This document shows positions 48,184-57,395 of a stretch of DNA of 64,000 bases, in pieces. The notes under the pieces are model-generated. The model was not told the origin of the DNA, did no database searches, and saw only the letters and a program-made list of their open reading frames with translations. The stretch is from the NCBI GenBank assembly GCA_036504295.1, contig DASXVK010000198.1, forward strand, positions 1,581 to 65,580. Reading direction: 5' to 3'. A program made the translations under genes and the position numbers. Within the stretch, counting starts at the first letter, position 1, and every line of letters begins with the position of its first letter. This DNA is from Polyangia bacterium. GTDB taxonomy: Bacteria > Myxococcota_A > Polyangia > JACRCY01.

Positions 48184-48416
48184 CGGTCCCTCCTACGCCC
48201 CGGGATCCTTCGCTGCTGCGCCGTTGCAAACGCCGGGCCGAACGGCGCTCCGGCGGACTGACGGCGACGCCCGCGCCGGTCGCGGGGCGCCGTGGCGTTT
48301 TGCATGGCAGCGCTGGCGATCTGCGTCAGGCATGCCCGGGCCGCGGCGCCCGTCCGCGACGGGGCCGCCGCCGGCCCGGCGGTTGCACGGGCCCAGAGCC
48401 GGAGGAGTCACCGCCG

Positions 48417-49382
48417 ATGGACATGATTGGAACGGCACACGAGGCGCGCGTGGCAGGCACTACGATCGCGTGGGGCGAGCTCGGGGCCGGCCCGCCGCTG
48501 GTGCTCCTGCATGGGCTCTGGGACTCGCACCGCACGTGGCGGCGCGCGGCGCCGCTGCTCGCCCGCGACTTCCGCGTCCTGATGCCCGACCTGCCCGGCC
48601 ACGGCTGGTCGGGCCGCCCCGACGCCCCCTACACCCTGAGCTGGTACGCCCGGATGGTGGCCGCCTGGATGGACGCGATCGGGCTCGGGCGCGCCCACGT
48701 CTGCGGTCACTCCTTCGGCGGCGGCGTGGCCGAGTGGATGCTCCTGCAGGAACGGCCCCGCGTCGACCGCCTCGCGCTCGTCGCGGCCGGCGGGCTCGGC
48801 CGCGAGGTGGGTATCTGGATGCGGCTCGGGACCTTCCCCGTGATCGGGCCGGCGTTCACGCCGGCGGTCATGTTCGTCGCCCTCCCCCTGGCCCTGCGGC
48901 TCGCACCCGCGATGTTCGGCCACATCGAACCGGCGGAGGCCACCCGCGCCATCCACATGAACCGGCTCCCGGGGACCGCCGAGGCCTTCCGCCGCACCCT
49001 CGCGGGGATCATCAACATCTGCGGCCAGTACATGAGCATGATCGACCGCGTCCACGAGATCGCCGGGCTCCCGCCCCTGGCCGCCTACTGGGGGACCAGC
49101 GATCCGATCATTCCCGTGCACCACGGCCAGCGCCTCCTGCAGCGCTTGACCGGCGTGACCCTCAGCACGTATACGGGCTGCGGCCACTACCCGCACCTCG
49201 ACGCCGCGGCGAGGTTCGCCGGCGACCTGCGGGAGTTCCTGCGCGACCCGGTGCGCCCTCCCGCCGGCCTGCGCCGTGTGCAGGCGGACCGTCCCCTGCC
49301 GGCCCCCCCGGTGCGCCAGCTGGTGCCGACGCGGATCGCGCAGTACGCCGCCGCGCTCTACTCGGGGAACCGCCGCGTGTAG
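48417..49382 (+). CDS. Alpha/beta-fold hydrolase
   Basis: ATG 48417 has a GGAGGAG Shine-Dalgarno sequence 10 nt upstream. Motifs: PLVLLHGLWDS, nucleophile elbow GHSFGG, and the C-terminal GCGHYPHLD. Confidence 0.85.
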   Translation: MDMIGTAHEARVAGTTIAWGELGAGPPLVLLHGLWDSHRTWRRAAPLLARDFRVLMPDLPGHGWSGRPDAPYTLSWYARMVAAWMDAIGLGRAHVCGHSFGGGVAEWMLLQERPRVDRLALVAAGGLGREVGIWMRLGTFPVIGPAFTPAVMFVALPLALRLAPAMFGHIEPAEATRAIHMNRLPGTAEAFRRTLAGIINICGQYMSMIDRVHEIAGLPPLAAYWGTSDPIIPVHHGQRLLQRLTGVTLSTYTGCGHYPHLDAAARFAGDLREFLRDPVRPPAGLRRVQADRPLPAPPVRQLVPTRIAQYAAALYSGNRRV

Positions 49383-49443
49383 CCCGGGGGTGGTAAGTCG
49401 GCGCTTGAAATACCCGCGGCCCTCGCATAGCCTGCAATGGTCC

Positions 49444-49911
49444 ATGGCCTCTCCGTCCGCCAGCTCCGCGTCGCGCCCGCTCGGGCCGCGCCTCGCGCTC
49501 GTCGCCGGCGTCGTCGTCCTGGGCGTCCTCGTGGGGCTGCTCCTCGAGGGCCTCTACCGGACGCGCCCCGTCGACGAGGCGAAGGCCGCGGCCGCGCCGC
49601 AGGCGGCCGGGCCCGCCGCGGCCCCGGCGCCGCGCCCGCCCGCGGCCGGCCCCGCGCTGACCGGAGCGGCCGCGGTGACCCCGGAGAAGCAGATCCCGCC
49701 CTGGGAAGCGACCCCCGCGAACACGCCGCCGCCGCCGCCGGGGCACATCCCGGCCTGGGTCGTGAAGCCTCCCCGCCCCGAGCCGAGCGCGCCCCCGGCG
49801 CCCCCCGTGGAGCCGCCCGACCCGGCGACCCACCGTCCCCCGATGCACAACCCCGGCGGGGTGAATGGGGACCGTCCGCCGCGCCCGGTCCCCGGGCTGG
49901 CGCCGCCGTAG
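49444..49911 (+). CDS. Pro/Ala-rich single-pass membrane protein
   Basis: MASPSASSASRPLGPRLALVAGVVVLGVLVGLLLEGLY, followed by an extended Pro-rich region. GC3 is high. It ends 4 nt before the PPC-protein paralog. Confidence 0.5.
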   Translation: MASPSASSASRPLGPRLALVAGVVVLGVLVGLLLEGLYRTRPVDEAKAAAAPQAAGPAAAPAPRPPAAGPALTGAAAVTPEKQIPPWEATPANTPPPPPGHIPAWVVKPPRPEPSAPPAPPVEPPDPATHRPPMHNPGGVNGDRPPRPVPGLAPP

Positions 49912-49915
49912 CCGG

Positions 49916-51265
49916 ATGGGCAAGCAGGCACGCACCCGCCGCGACCGGCAGGGGGAGCCCGCGCCGGCGACCCAGGCGCCCCGCCCGTTCTGGCGGCGGC
50001 CGCTCAACCTGGCGCTCGCCGGGATCGTCGCCCTCGGCGCCGCCGGTGTCGCGACCTGGCAGGCCCGCCGGCCGGGACGCGGGCCGGCGGCCGATGCGGG
50101 CGGCGCGCTCCCGCCGGTGACCGCGGGGCCGCGCGTCCTCGCCGAGGCCGAGCCGAACGACTCCCCGGCCCAGGCGCAGCGGCTGGGCGCGACGCCCGTG
50201 ATCGTGGACGGGGCCCTGGGCGCCGGCGACCGCGATCACTACCTCATCGCGATCACCGAGGCGGCGGGGCACCTGGTCGACGCGTGGGTCGAGGGGCTCG
50301 ACGGCGCGCGGCTGCGCGTGCTCCGGCCCGACGGCGCCGAGGCGGCCGCCGTGACCGCGCCGGCGCGCATCGGCGCGCTCGGCGCCGGCAGCGGCGATCT
50401 GATCGTCGTGCTCGAGCCCGGCGTGCCGGCGGCGACCGGCCGCTACCGGCTGCACGTCACCGTGTCGCCGTGGGTCAAGGGGTCCGACTGGGAGCCCAAC
50501 GACGATCCCGCGCACGCCCAGCCCATGGCCACGTACCCGGCCGCCAAGGGGACCCTGGCCCGGCACCGCGCCTCCGGGTGGTGGTCGCGGCCCGGTGACG
50601 TGGACTGCTTCGACGTGCCCCTCAGCGTGCCGCCCGAGGGGGCGATGGTGCGCCTCGAGCTCACCCCGCCGCCCGGCGTGCGCGGACAGCTCACGGTCCT
50701 CGACGTGGGGAACCAGGAAGCGAAGATCCCGCCCCGGGCGCTGGTCGAGCTGGCCGGCGACGGGCCGGGGCAGCCGCTCGTGATCCCGGCGCTCGGCGGC
50801 CGCTCCTGGGAGTCGCTCTACCACGTGTGCACGCGCGCGGCGCAGGGCGAGAACTACGCGCAGCCGTGGCGCCTCGACGTGCGCGTCTTCACGCCGTCGG
50901 GCGCCTTCGAGTTCGAGCCCAACGGCACGCGCGAGACGGCCTCGGCGCTGCCGCTCGGCGTGCCGGTTGGCGGGTTCCTCACGGCCGGCGACGTCGACTG
51001 GTTCCGGATCTCGGCGGGGGCCAAGGGCCCGGTGCGCGTCCACGTCACGCCGCCGGCGGACGTGGCCGCCGAGGTGGTGCTCCTCGGCCAGTCCGGGCAG
51101 GAGCTCGCGCCGGCGACCGGGGCACCCGGGCAGCGGGTGTCGGCGACGGCCCCCGGCGCCGTGTTCGCCCGCGTCCGCGCCCTGCGCGGCGGGAGCACCA
51201 CCACCCAGTACGAGATCATCGCGGTCGACGCGAAGATCCTCCCTCCGGATGGGGGCCCGCCATGA
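49916..51265 (+). CDS. Paralog of the three-PPC-domain membrane-anchored protein
   Basis: MGKQARTRRDRQ...LNLALAGIVALGAAGVA. The same three units follow: EPNDSPAQAQRL..GDRDHY, EPNDDPAHAQ..GDVDCF and EPNGTRETASAL..GDVDWFRI. It is collinear with 222-1544. Confidence 0.8.
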   Translation: MGKQARTRRDRQGEPAPATQAPRPFWRRPLNLALAGIVALGAAGVATWQARRPGRGPAADAGGALPPVTAGPRVLAEAEPNDSPAQAQRLGATPVIVDGALGAGDRDHYLIAITEAAGHLVDAWVEGLDGARLRVLRPDGAEAAAVTAPARIGALGAGSGDLIVVLEPGVPAATGRYRLHVTVSPWVKGSDWEPNDDPAHAQPMATYPAAKGTLARHRASGWWSRPGDVDCFDVPLSVPPEGAMVRLELTPPPGVRGQLTVLDVGNQEAKIPPRALVELAGDGPGQPLVIPALGGRSWESLYHVCTRAAQGENYAQPWRLDVRVFTPSGAFEFEPNGTRETASALPLGVPVGGFLTAGDVDWFRISAGAKGPVRVHVTPPADVAAEVVLLGQSGQELAPATGAPGQRVSATAPGAVFARVRALRGGSTTTQYEIIAVDAKILPPDGGPP

Positions 51266-52098
51266 CCGACGGCCTCCGGCGCTGGCTCCCCCGGGGCGCG
51301 CTCGCGGCCACGGCGCTCCTCGTCGTCGTGCGCCTCGCGCAAGGGCTCGCCGGCGCGGTGCCGGCGATGCGCGTCGCCGGCGAGCTGGGGCTCGTCCTCT
51401 CGGCGGCCGGGGTCGCGCTCGTGCTCCCGGCCGTGTTGCGCCGCGCCAGCACGGTGGCGCTCGCGCTGACGGCGATCTTCGTGCTCGCGTGGGGCGCCGG
51501 CGTGGCGCTCCCGCTCTACCGCATGGCGCGACCGGCGTCGGCGCTCTACGACGGCCAGCTCGGCGGGGCGAGGCGCGAGGTCGAGAGCACGCCCGCGCCG
51601 AGCACCGGACGCTACGAGGTGCGCGTGAAGCCGCTCGGGGAGCACCGCGCCCAGCCCGAGGCGGGCTTCCTCCTGCAGGTGCGCGCCGAGCGTGACACGC
51701 GGATCGCCGCGGGGGCGGACGGCCTGGCGATCCCGGTCGAGGTGCGCCTCGCCGCCGGGACGCGCGCCCGGCTCTTCCTCGAGCGGGGCCACGGCCAGGT
51801 CGAGGTGCTCGTGCGCGCGGTGCCGTTCCCGCGCACCTTCGTGCTCCTCGCCGCGGCGCTCGCGCTCCTCCTGGCGCTGGTCGCCGACGCCGCGGCGTTG
51901 CGTGAGACGCCGCGCCTGCGCGGGGTGCTCGTGGCCGTGGTCGCCGCGTCCGTGACCTTCCTCGCGCTCGTCGATCCCGCGGTCACCTCGTCGGGGCGCG
52001 CGGCGCTGGGCGCCGCGGGCCTCGCGGTGCTCGGGGGCGGCCTCCTGGGCGGCGTGTGGGGCCTCGTCGCGGGGCGCCTCGGGCGCCGCGCCCGCTGA
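51262..52098 (+). CDS. Paralog of the 6-TM membrane protein
   Basis: Its ATG overlaps the upstream stop (ATGA), as in copy 1. It has the same helix/loop pattern and shared strings (LYDGQLGGARREV, RLFLERG...VEVLVRAVP). Confidence 0.75.
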   Translation: MTDGLRRWLPRGALAATALLVVVRLAQGLAGAVPAMRVAGELGLVLSAAGVALVLPAVLRRASTVALALTAIFVLAWGAGVALPLYRMARPASALYDGQLGGARREVESTPAPSTGRYEVRVKPLGEHRAQPEAGFLLQVRAERDTRIAAGADGLAIPVEVRLAAGTRARLFLERGHGQVEVLVRAVPFPRTFVLLAAALALLLALVADAAALRETPRLRGVLVAVVAASVTFLALVDPAVTSSGRAALGAAGLAVLGGGLLGGVWGLVAGRLGRRAR

Positions 52099-52168
52099 GC
52101 CGCCCCCGCCGCCGCTGAGGGACCCGTGGTACGCTGGATCCGGCGCCCGCGCGCCCGGAGTCCAGGTC

Positions 52169-53947
52169 ATGCCCCCGGCCCCGCTCCTCGCCCGTCCGCT
52201 GGCCGCCCTCCTCGCGGCGGCCGTGCTGCTCGCCGGCTGCGGCGGCGACGAGTGCAGCGGCGCCGAGACCCGCTGCAGCGACGACGGCCTGACGCTGCGC
52301 ACCTGCGCCGGCGGCCGCTGGCGCGCGACCGCCTGCATGGCGGAGCAGGGCCAGCTCTGCGAGGGCGGCGCGTGCGTGGATCCGTGGCGCTACGGCGCGC
52401 CCGCGTGGAGCCGCTGCGACGGCGAGCCGCTCGCGACGCCCGAGTCCCTGGGCGACAAGGCCCGCGCCTACGACGAGCGCGCCCGCCGGCTGCACCTGCA
52501 CCCGGCGCTGCGCTGGGTGACGCCGGTCACGTTGCCCTGCCGCGTCGACCCGTGCCCGCCCGGCGGCACGCCGCCGTGCTACGACTGCACGGCGCCCGCG
52601 GTGGCCGAGACCGAGGCCACGTGGACGGACGTCGAGACCTTCCACACCGGCGAGAACGACGGGCTCTGGAGCGCGCTCTTCCTCGCCGCGGAGGCCTACC
52701 GGTACGGCGTGACGCGCGACCCCGCCGCGCTCGAGGTCATCCGCGTCCTCCTCGCCGGTGAGGTCGACCGCATGCGCATCACGGGCGTGCCCGGGCTCTT
52801 CACCCGGCAGCTCATCCCGCCGGGCGTCGCGGGCATCGGCTGCCCGGCGGACCCCACGCAGTACGTCCCCTCCGCCGACAAGAAGGACAACCGCTGGGTC
52901 CGCGTCGGCGACGACGGCTGCGTCGCCACCGTCGATCCCGCCACCGGCGCCTGGGTCGCCTCGACGCACTGCGGGCTCGACGACTACCGGGGCTGGTGCT
53001 GGCTCGACAACGTGAGCAAGGACGAGTACGCGGGCCACATGTTCGCGCTCGGCGCGCTCCTCGCGCTGGTCGACGACGCCGCGGTGCAGACCGTGACCCG
53101 CGACCTCCTCGGGCAGGTCGGCCGCCACCTCGCGCAGCACCGCCTGACGCTCGTCGACTGGGACGGCCGCGTCACCGAGCACGGCCGCTTCTACGCCTAC
53201 GCGATGGACGACTGGCCGAGCTTCAACGCCGCCATGGCGCTCGCGTTCATGAGGCTCGCGGCGACGGCGACCGGCGACCCGGAGCTCGTCGACTGGTACG
53301 ACAACTGCCTGCTGCAGCAGGGCGGCCCGCGCGACTGCCTCGAGCAGCCGCTCGAGTCGCCGCGGCCCTACGTCGATCACCTCAGCCCGCAGTGGACGCT
53401 CTACATCGGCGCGGCGAGCTGCCAGAGCAACTGGAACAACTTCTCGATGCACGCCCTGTCGCTGCACGACCTCCTCTGGTTCGAGCACGACCCGGCCGTG
53501 CGCGCTCCCGTGCAGCGCCACCTGCAAGACGACTTCTTCGCGCCCAAAGGCAAGGCCCGCCCGCTCTCGGCCCAGCACAACAGCCTCTTCGACTTCATCT
53601 TCGCCGCGGGCAAGGCGCTCGGGCCGGGGAGCGACGGCCCGGCGCTCGCGGCCGTCGCCGACGGCGTCTGCATGCTCCGCCAGTTCCCGGCCGAGAAGCA
53701 CGCCCGCGCGGTCACCTGCCCGCCCGAGAAGTGCGTGCTCGCGAGCTGCACCGACCGCTTCGACGGCCCCATGCTCGACTACGCGCGGCCCGTGGCCGAG
53801 CGCTGCCTCGGCACGTTCGTCTGGTGGGGCTCGCCCTACGACCCCGGCGACTGCGCCGCGGACCTGCGCGTCGTCGATCCGCCGACGGACTACCTGCTCG
53901 CGTACTGGATGGCGCGGTACTACGGCTTCGTCGGCGAAGACGAGTAG
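52169..53947 (+). CDS. Large lipoprotein of unknown function with a Cys-rich N-terminal module
   Basis: 592 aa with lipobox LLLAGCGG. The N-terminal module reads ECSGAETRCSDDGLTLRTCAGGRWRATACMAEQGQLCEGGACV. The remainder is a helix-rich globular region. Confidence 0.75.
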   Translation: MPPAPLLARPLAALLAAAVLLAGCGGDECSGAETRCSDDGLTLRTCAGGRWRATACMAEQGQLCEGGACVDPWRYGAPAWSRCDGEPLATPESLGDKARAYDERARRLHLHPALRWVTPVTLPCRVDPCPPGGTPPCYDCTAPAVAETEATWTDVETFHTGENDGLWSALFLAAEAYRYGVTRDPAALEVIRVLLAGEVDRMRITGVPGLFTRQLIPPGVAGIGCPADPTQYVPSADKKDNRWVRVGDDGCVATVDPATGAWVASTHCGLDDYRGWCWLDNVSKDEYAGHMFALGALLALVDDAAVQTVTRDLLGQVGRHLAQHRLTLVDWDGRVTEHGRFYAYAMDDWPSFNAAMALAFMRLAATATGDPELVDWYDNCLLQQGGPRDCLEQPLESPRPYVDHLSPQWTLYIGAASCQSNWNNFSMHALSLHDLLWFEHDPAVRAPVQRHLQDDFFAPKGKARPLSAQHNSLFDFIFAAGKALGPGSDGPALAAVADGVCMLRQFPAEKHARAVTCPPEKCVLASCTDRFDGPMLDYARPVAERCLGTFVWWGSPYDPGDCAADLRVVDPPTDYLLAYWMARYYGFVGEDE

Positions 53948-53980
53948 CGGCCCGGGCGGCGGCGAGCCCGCGCCCGTCGC

Positions 53981-54024
53981 TTGACACGCCGTATGATGGC
54001 TGTAATATCATAATCATCATACGG
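53981..54024 (+). promoter_or_regulatory. Sigma-70-type promoter overlapping a 10-bp perfect inverted repeat (likely TetR operator)
   Basis: TTGACA (53981-53986), a 16-nt spacer, then TAATAT (54003-54008). The inverted repeat is CCGTATGATG (53989-53998) and CATCATACGG (54015-54024). This is a sharply AT-rich island just upstream of the TetR ATG at 54033. Confidence 0.55.
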
Positions 54025-54032
54025 AGTGGAGC

Positions 54033-54617
54033 ATGCCCCGGAGCATCCAGAAGGCCGCGTCCCACGAAGCCATCGTCACCGTCGCCGCCGATCTGATCCG
54101 CCGCTACGGCATCGCGGCGGCGTCGGTCGCGCGCGTGATGCAGGGCGCGGGGCTGACCGTGGGCGGCTTCTACGCCCATTTCGCGACCAAGAGCCACCTG
54201 GCCGGCGCGGCGCTGCGCCGGGCCTTCGCCGACAACATGAGCGCGCTCTTCACCGGGCTCGAGGGGGCCTCGCGCGCGCAGCGCTACGACCAGGCCGTTC
54301 GGCGCTACCTGTCACGCCAGCACCGGGACATGGAGCGGCAGATCTGCCCCGTGCCGGCGTGCCTGTCGGAGATCGATCCCCGGGACGCGCCGGTGCGCGA
54401 CGCCCTCGTGGACGGGGTCGACGATCTGGTGGGGCGCCTCACGCCGCTGCTCGACGCCCGCCCCGGGCTCACCGCCCGGCAGCGCGCGCTCGGCACGGCG
54501 GCGACGCTCATCGGCGCCCTGGCGCTGGCCCGCGCGAGCCGCGGCACGGCCTGGTCGGACGAGGTCCTGCTCGCGGCCCGCAAGCTGCTGTTCGCCCTGG
54601 AAGGAGACCACCGATGA
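54033..54617 (+). CDS. TetR/AcrR-family transcriptional regulator
   Basis: 194 aa. N-terminal HTH: AADLIRRYGIAAASVARVMQGAGLTVGGFYAHFATK. Confidence 0.9.
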   Translation: MPRSIQKAASHEAIVTVAADLIRRYGIAAASVARVMQGAGLTVGGFYAHFATKSHLAGAALRRAFADNMSALFTGLEGASRAQRYDQAVRRYLSRQHRDMERQICPVPACLSEIDPRDAPVRDALVDGVDDLVGRLTPLLDARPGLTARQRALGTAATLIGALALARASRGTAWSDEVLLAARKLLFALEGDHR

Positions 54618-55048
54618 ACGGACTCGGCGCGATGCACGCAATCGTCTCGAGGCAGGTGCCCCCGCCCCCCATCGCGGAGCTGATCGGCCTGGAGCTGGTG
54701 GAGGTGCGGCCGGGCGAGGCGGTCTTCGCGCTGCAGGCCGACCGGCGCCACGCCAACCCCATGGGCACGCTGCACGGCGGCGTCCTGTGCGACCTGGGCG
54801 ACGCGGCCATGGGGTGCGCCGTCGCGACGACGCTCGCGGAGGGCGAGAGTTACACCACGCTCGAGCTGAAGATCAACTTCTTCAAGCCGGTCTGGCAGCA
54901 GCGGCTCAGGGCCACGGGCAAGGTCGTGAAGCGCACGCGCAAGCTCGCCTACACCGAGGCCGACGTCGTCGACGAGACGGGCAGCCTCGTCGCGAAGCTC
55001 AACGGCAGCTGCCTCGTGCTGAGCGGCGGCGACGCCCAGGGGCGGTGA
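54614..55048 (+). CDS. PaaI-family hot-dog thioesterase
   Basis: Its ATG overlaps the TetR stop (ATGA), with an AAGGAG Shine-Dalgarno sequence. Motifs: NPMGTLHGGVLCDLGDAAMG and TLELKINFFKP. Confidence 0.85.
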   Translation: MNGLGAMHAIVSRQVPPPPIAELIGLELVEVRPGEAVFALQADRRHANPMGTLHGGVLCDLGDAAMGCAVATTLAEGESYTTLELKINFFKPVWQQRLRATGKVVKRTRKLAYTEADVVDETGSLVAKLNGSCLVLSGGDAQGR

Positions 55049-55061
55049 CGCCGGCGGCAGG

Positions 55062-55424
55062 CTACCGGTCCCCTCGGATCGCCGCAACCGCGGCCGGCAC
55101 GGCCGCCAGGATGAACGCCGCGAACATCCCGACCAGGGGCCACTGCCCACGCTGGGCGAAGTAGCCCGGGCTGACGATCGCGGTGTAGACGAACGCCCCG
55201 AGCGCGAAGAGGTAGAGCCCGCGCGCCCACCGCGTCCGGCGCATGAGGCCGATGGCCGCGGCGATGAGCGAGAGGGCGGTGACGACCTCGCCCGCCAGGT
55301 GGAACCCGAGCGCGATCGGCGCCGAGCGGACCTCCGGCACGCCGGCGGTGACGAAGAACATCGCCCACATGCCGAGCATGCCCAGGCCCATGACCAGCGC
55401 GAAGCCGATGGCGTACCTCGTCAT
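55062..55424 (-). CDS. Small 4-TM membrane protein
   Basis: Internal ATG 55424 (MTRYAIGFALVMGLGMLGMWAMFFV...). It has four hydrophobic helices. The first 28 codons of the track ORF look non-coding. Confidence 0.6.
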   Translation of the reverse strand: MTRYAIGFALVMGLGMLGMWAMFFVTAGVPEVRSAPIALGFHLAGEVVTALSLIAAAIGLMRRTRWARGLYLFALGAFVYTAIVSPGYFAQRGQWPLVGMFAAFILAAVPAAVAAIRGDR

Positions 55425-55528
55425 CGCCCGGAGCTTCGCGCGCGCGCCCGGGGACGTCAATCGTCCCGCGCCGAACCGCGCGCCGAACCGCGCCGTGGCG
55501 CATCCCACGGGTACCAGCGGAGGCAGGC

Positions 55529-56005
55529 ATGCAGCGGAGCTCGACCAGCGTCAATCCATCGGAAGAGCTCATCACGATCGGCCCGCTCGGCATCCGGTTC
55601 CTCCTGACGGGCGGCGACTCCGGCGGCAGCGTGTCCGTGTTCGAGGTCCTCGTCCCCGCCGGGCAGCGGCTGGCCGCGCCGGCGCACCGGAACGACGCCT
55701 ACGAAGAGGTGCTCTACGGTGTCGCGGGCGTCCTCACCTGGACGGTCGACGGCACGCCGATCGAGGTCGGACCCGGGCAGGCGCTGTGCATCCCCCGCGG
55801 CGCGGTGCACCGCTTCGACAACTTCGGCAGCACGGACGCCAAGCAGCTCGCCGTCATCAGCCCCGCGGTCATGGGGCCCGCCTACTTCCGCGAGGCCGCC
55901 GAGCTCGTCGGTGCCGCCGCCGGCGGCCCGCCCGACCGCGCGAAGATGGTGGAGGTCTTCCGGCGTCACGGCATGACGATCGCCGAGACCCCGCCGGCGA
56001 AGTGA
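55529..56005 (+). CDS. Cupin-domain protein
   Basis: 158 aa. Cupin motifs: APAHRNDAYEEVLYGVAG and GPGQALCIPRGAVHRFDN. Confidence 0.8.
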   Translation: MQRSSTSVNPSEELITIGPLGIRFLLTGGDSGGSVSVFEVLVPAGQRLAAPAHRNDAYEEVLYGVAGVLTWTVDGTPIEVGPGQALCIPRGAVHRFDNFGSTDAKQLAVISPAVMGPAYFREAAELVGAAAGGPPDRAKMVEVFRRHGMTIAETPPAK

Positions 56006-56022
56006 CGCCGGCGCTGTCCCGC

Positions 56023-56148
56023 TCAGTCGCCGGCGCGCGCGCCGAGCTTGCGGCCGTGCAACAGGAGGAGCGTCGGGGCCGTCTGCGGGCCGTCCTGGCG
56101 ATAGAAGACCTGGGCGCCGCCCACGGTGGCCTGCCGGTACGTGATCAT
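56023..56148 (-). pseudogene. 41-codon relic of the N-terminus of an alpha/beta hydrolase
   Basis: MITYRQATVGGAQVFYRQDGPQTAPTLLLLHGRKLGARAGD-stop. The opening is typical of epoxide-hydrolase/dehalogenase-like hydrolases, but it ends right after the LLLLHG oxyanion motif. It is too short for the ORF track. Confidence 0.45.
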
Positions 56149-56364
56149 GACTGAGTCTCCCTTCCCGCAGCTGGATCGGCCCGCCGCTCACGGCGCCGTC
56201 CAGTCGCGGTTTCGGTCCACGCGATCAGATGCGCCGGGCGCGCACCCGGCCGCTCGTGGCGCGCGCCTCGACGGAGCCGCCCAAAATTTGACCACTGGTT
56301 GACCCCGTGGTGTAGTCGCTCCCAGTCGCGGCGCCTCCCGACGGCGCGCGCGCAACCTGGGGCG

Positions 56365-57384
56365 ATGACAAACCTAAGAACCTGCGCTTGCGCCTGCGTC
56401 GTCGCGCTCTGCGCGCTCGGCGGCAGCCGGGGCGCCGCCGCGCCGCAGCGCACGGCCGCGCTCCTCAACGTCAGCTTCTCCGGCGACTTCACCGCGCGCG
56501 AGCGCGCGGAGCTGCCGCTCGCGGTCCGGCGCGCCCTGGTCGCGGCCGGTCTGACGGTGTTCGAGCCCGAGCAGCTCGACCTCGCGTTCGGCACCCGGCC
56601 CAAGGGCAGCTGTCCCGACGACCGCTGCCGCGTGGACGTGGCGCGCTCCCTGGGCGCCCAGCGCCTGGTCGACGCCCACTTCCGGCGCGACGCCGGCGGC
56701 ACCGGCGTGACGCTGGTCGTCTTCGACGCCGAGGTGAGCGCGCCCGCCGGCACCACGACCCGCTTCTGCGCGCGCTGCGACACGGCCGGGATGCGCAAGA
56801 CCGTCGTCGAGGCGGCGCGCGCCGTCGTGGCGGGCGACACGGCCGTGCCCGCGGGCCGGCTCGTCGTGCGCACCATCCCCGGGGCCGCCACCGTCACCGT
56901 CGACGGCCGCGTGCTCGGCGAGACCGACACCGACCTGCCGCTCGCCGCGGGGTCGCACCTGGTGGTGCTCGAGCGGGCCGGCGCCACGCGCGTCGAGAGC
57001 CGGGTCGAGGTGAAGGCCGGCGCGGTGACCAGGATCGAGCTGGCGCTCGCCGCCGTGGGCCTGCCCTCGGCCGAGCCGGGCGCCGGCGGCGTGACCCAGC
57101 CCGCGCGCCGCTCCCTGCGGCCGTGGGCCTACGTGCTCCTCGGGGCCGGGGTCGTCGGCCTCGTCGCCGGCGGCACCTTGTACGGCCTCGGCTGTGAGGC
57201 CGAAGGCGAGGCCCGGCGCTGCCCGCGGCTGCCGAGCGTGCGCACCGGCGGCCTCGCCCTCCTCGCCACCGGCGGCGCGCTCGTCGCCGGCGGCATCGTG
57301 CTCTGGGCCTTCGACGGGCGGCGGGAGCGCGCCCGGATCGCCGCGGGGCCCGGCACCCTCACCCTGAGCCTCGACTGGCGCTAG
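56365..57384 (+). CDS. PEGA-domain protein with a C-terminal membrane segment
   Basis: ATG 56365 with signal peptide MTNLRTCACACVVALCALGG. PEGA-like unit: LVVRTIPGAATVTVDGRVLGETDTDLPLAAGSHLVVLERAGATRVESRVEVKAGAVTRIEL. Two hydrophobic helices lie near the C-terminus. Confidence 0.75.
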   Translation: MTNLRTCACACVVALCALGGSRGAAAPQRTAALLNVSFSGDFTARERAELPLAVRRALVAAGLTVFEPEQLDLAFGTRPKGSCPDDRCRVDVARSLGAQRLVDAHFRRDAGGTGVTLVVFDAEVSAPAGTTTRFCARCDTAGMRKTVVEAARAVVAGDTAVPAGRLVVRTIPGAATVTVDGRVLGETDTDLPLAAGSHLVVLERAGATRVESRVEVKAGAVTRIELALAAVGLPSAEPGAGGVTQPARRSLRPWAYVLLGAGVVGLVAGGTLYGLGCEAEGEARRCPRLPSVRTGGLALLATGGALVAGGIVLWAFDGRRERARIAAGPGTLTLSLDWR

Positions 57385-57395
57385 GAGCGGTTGCG

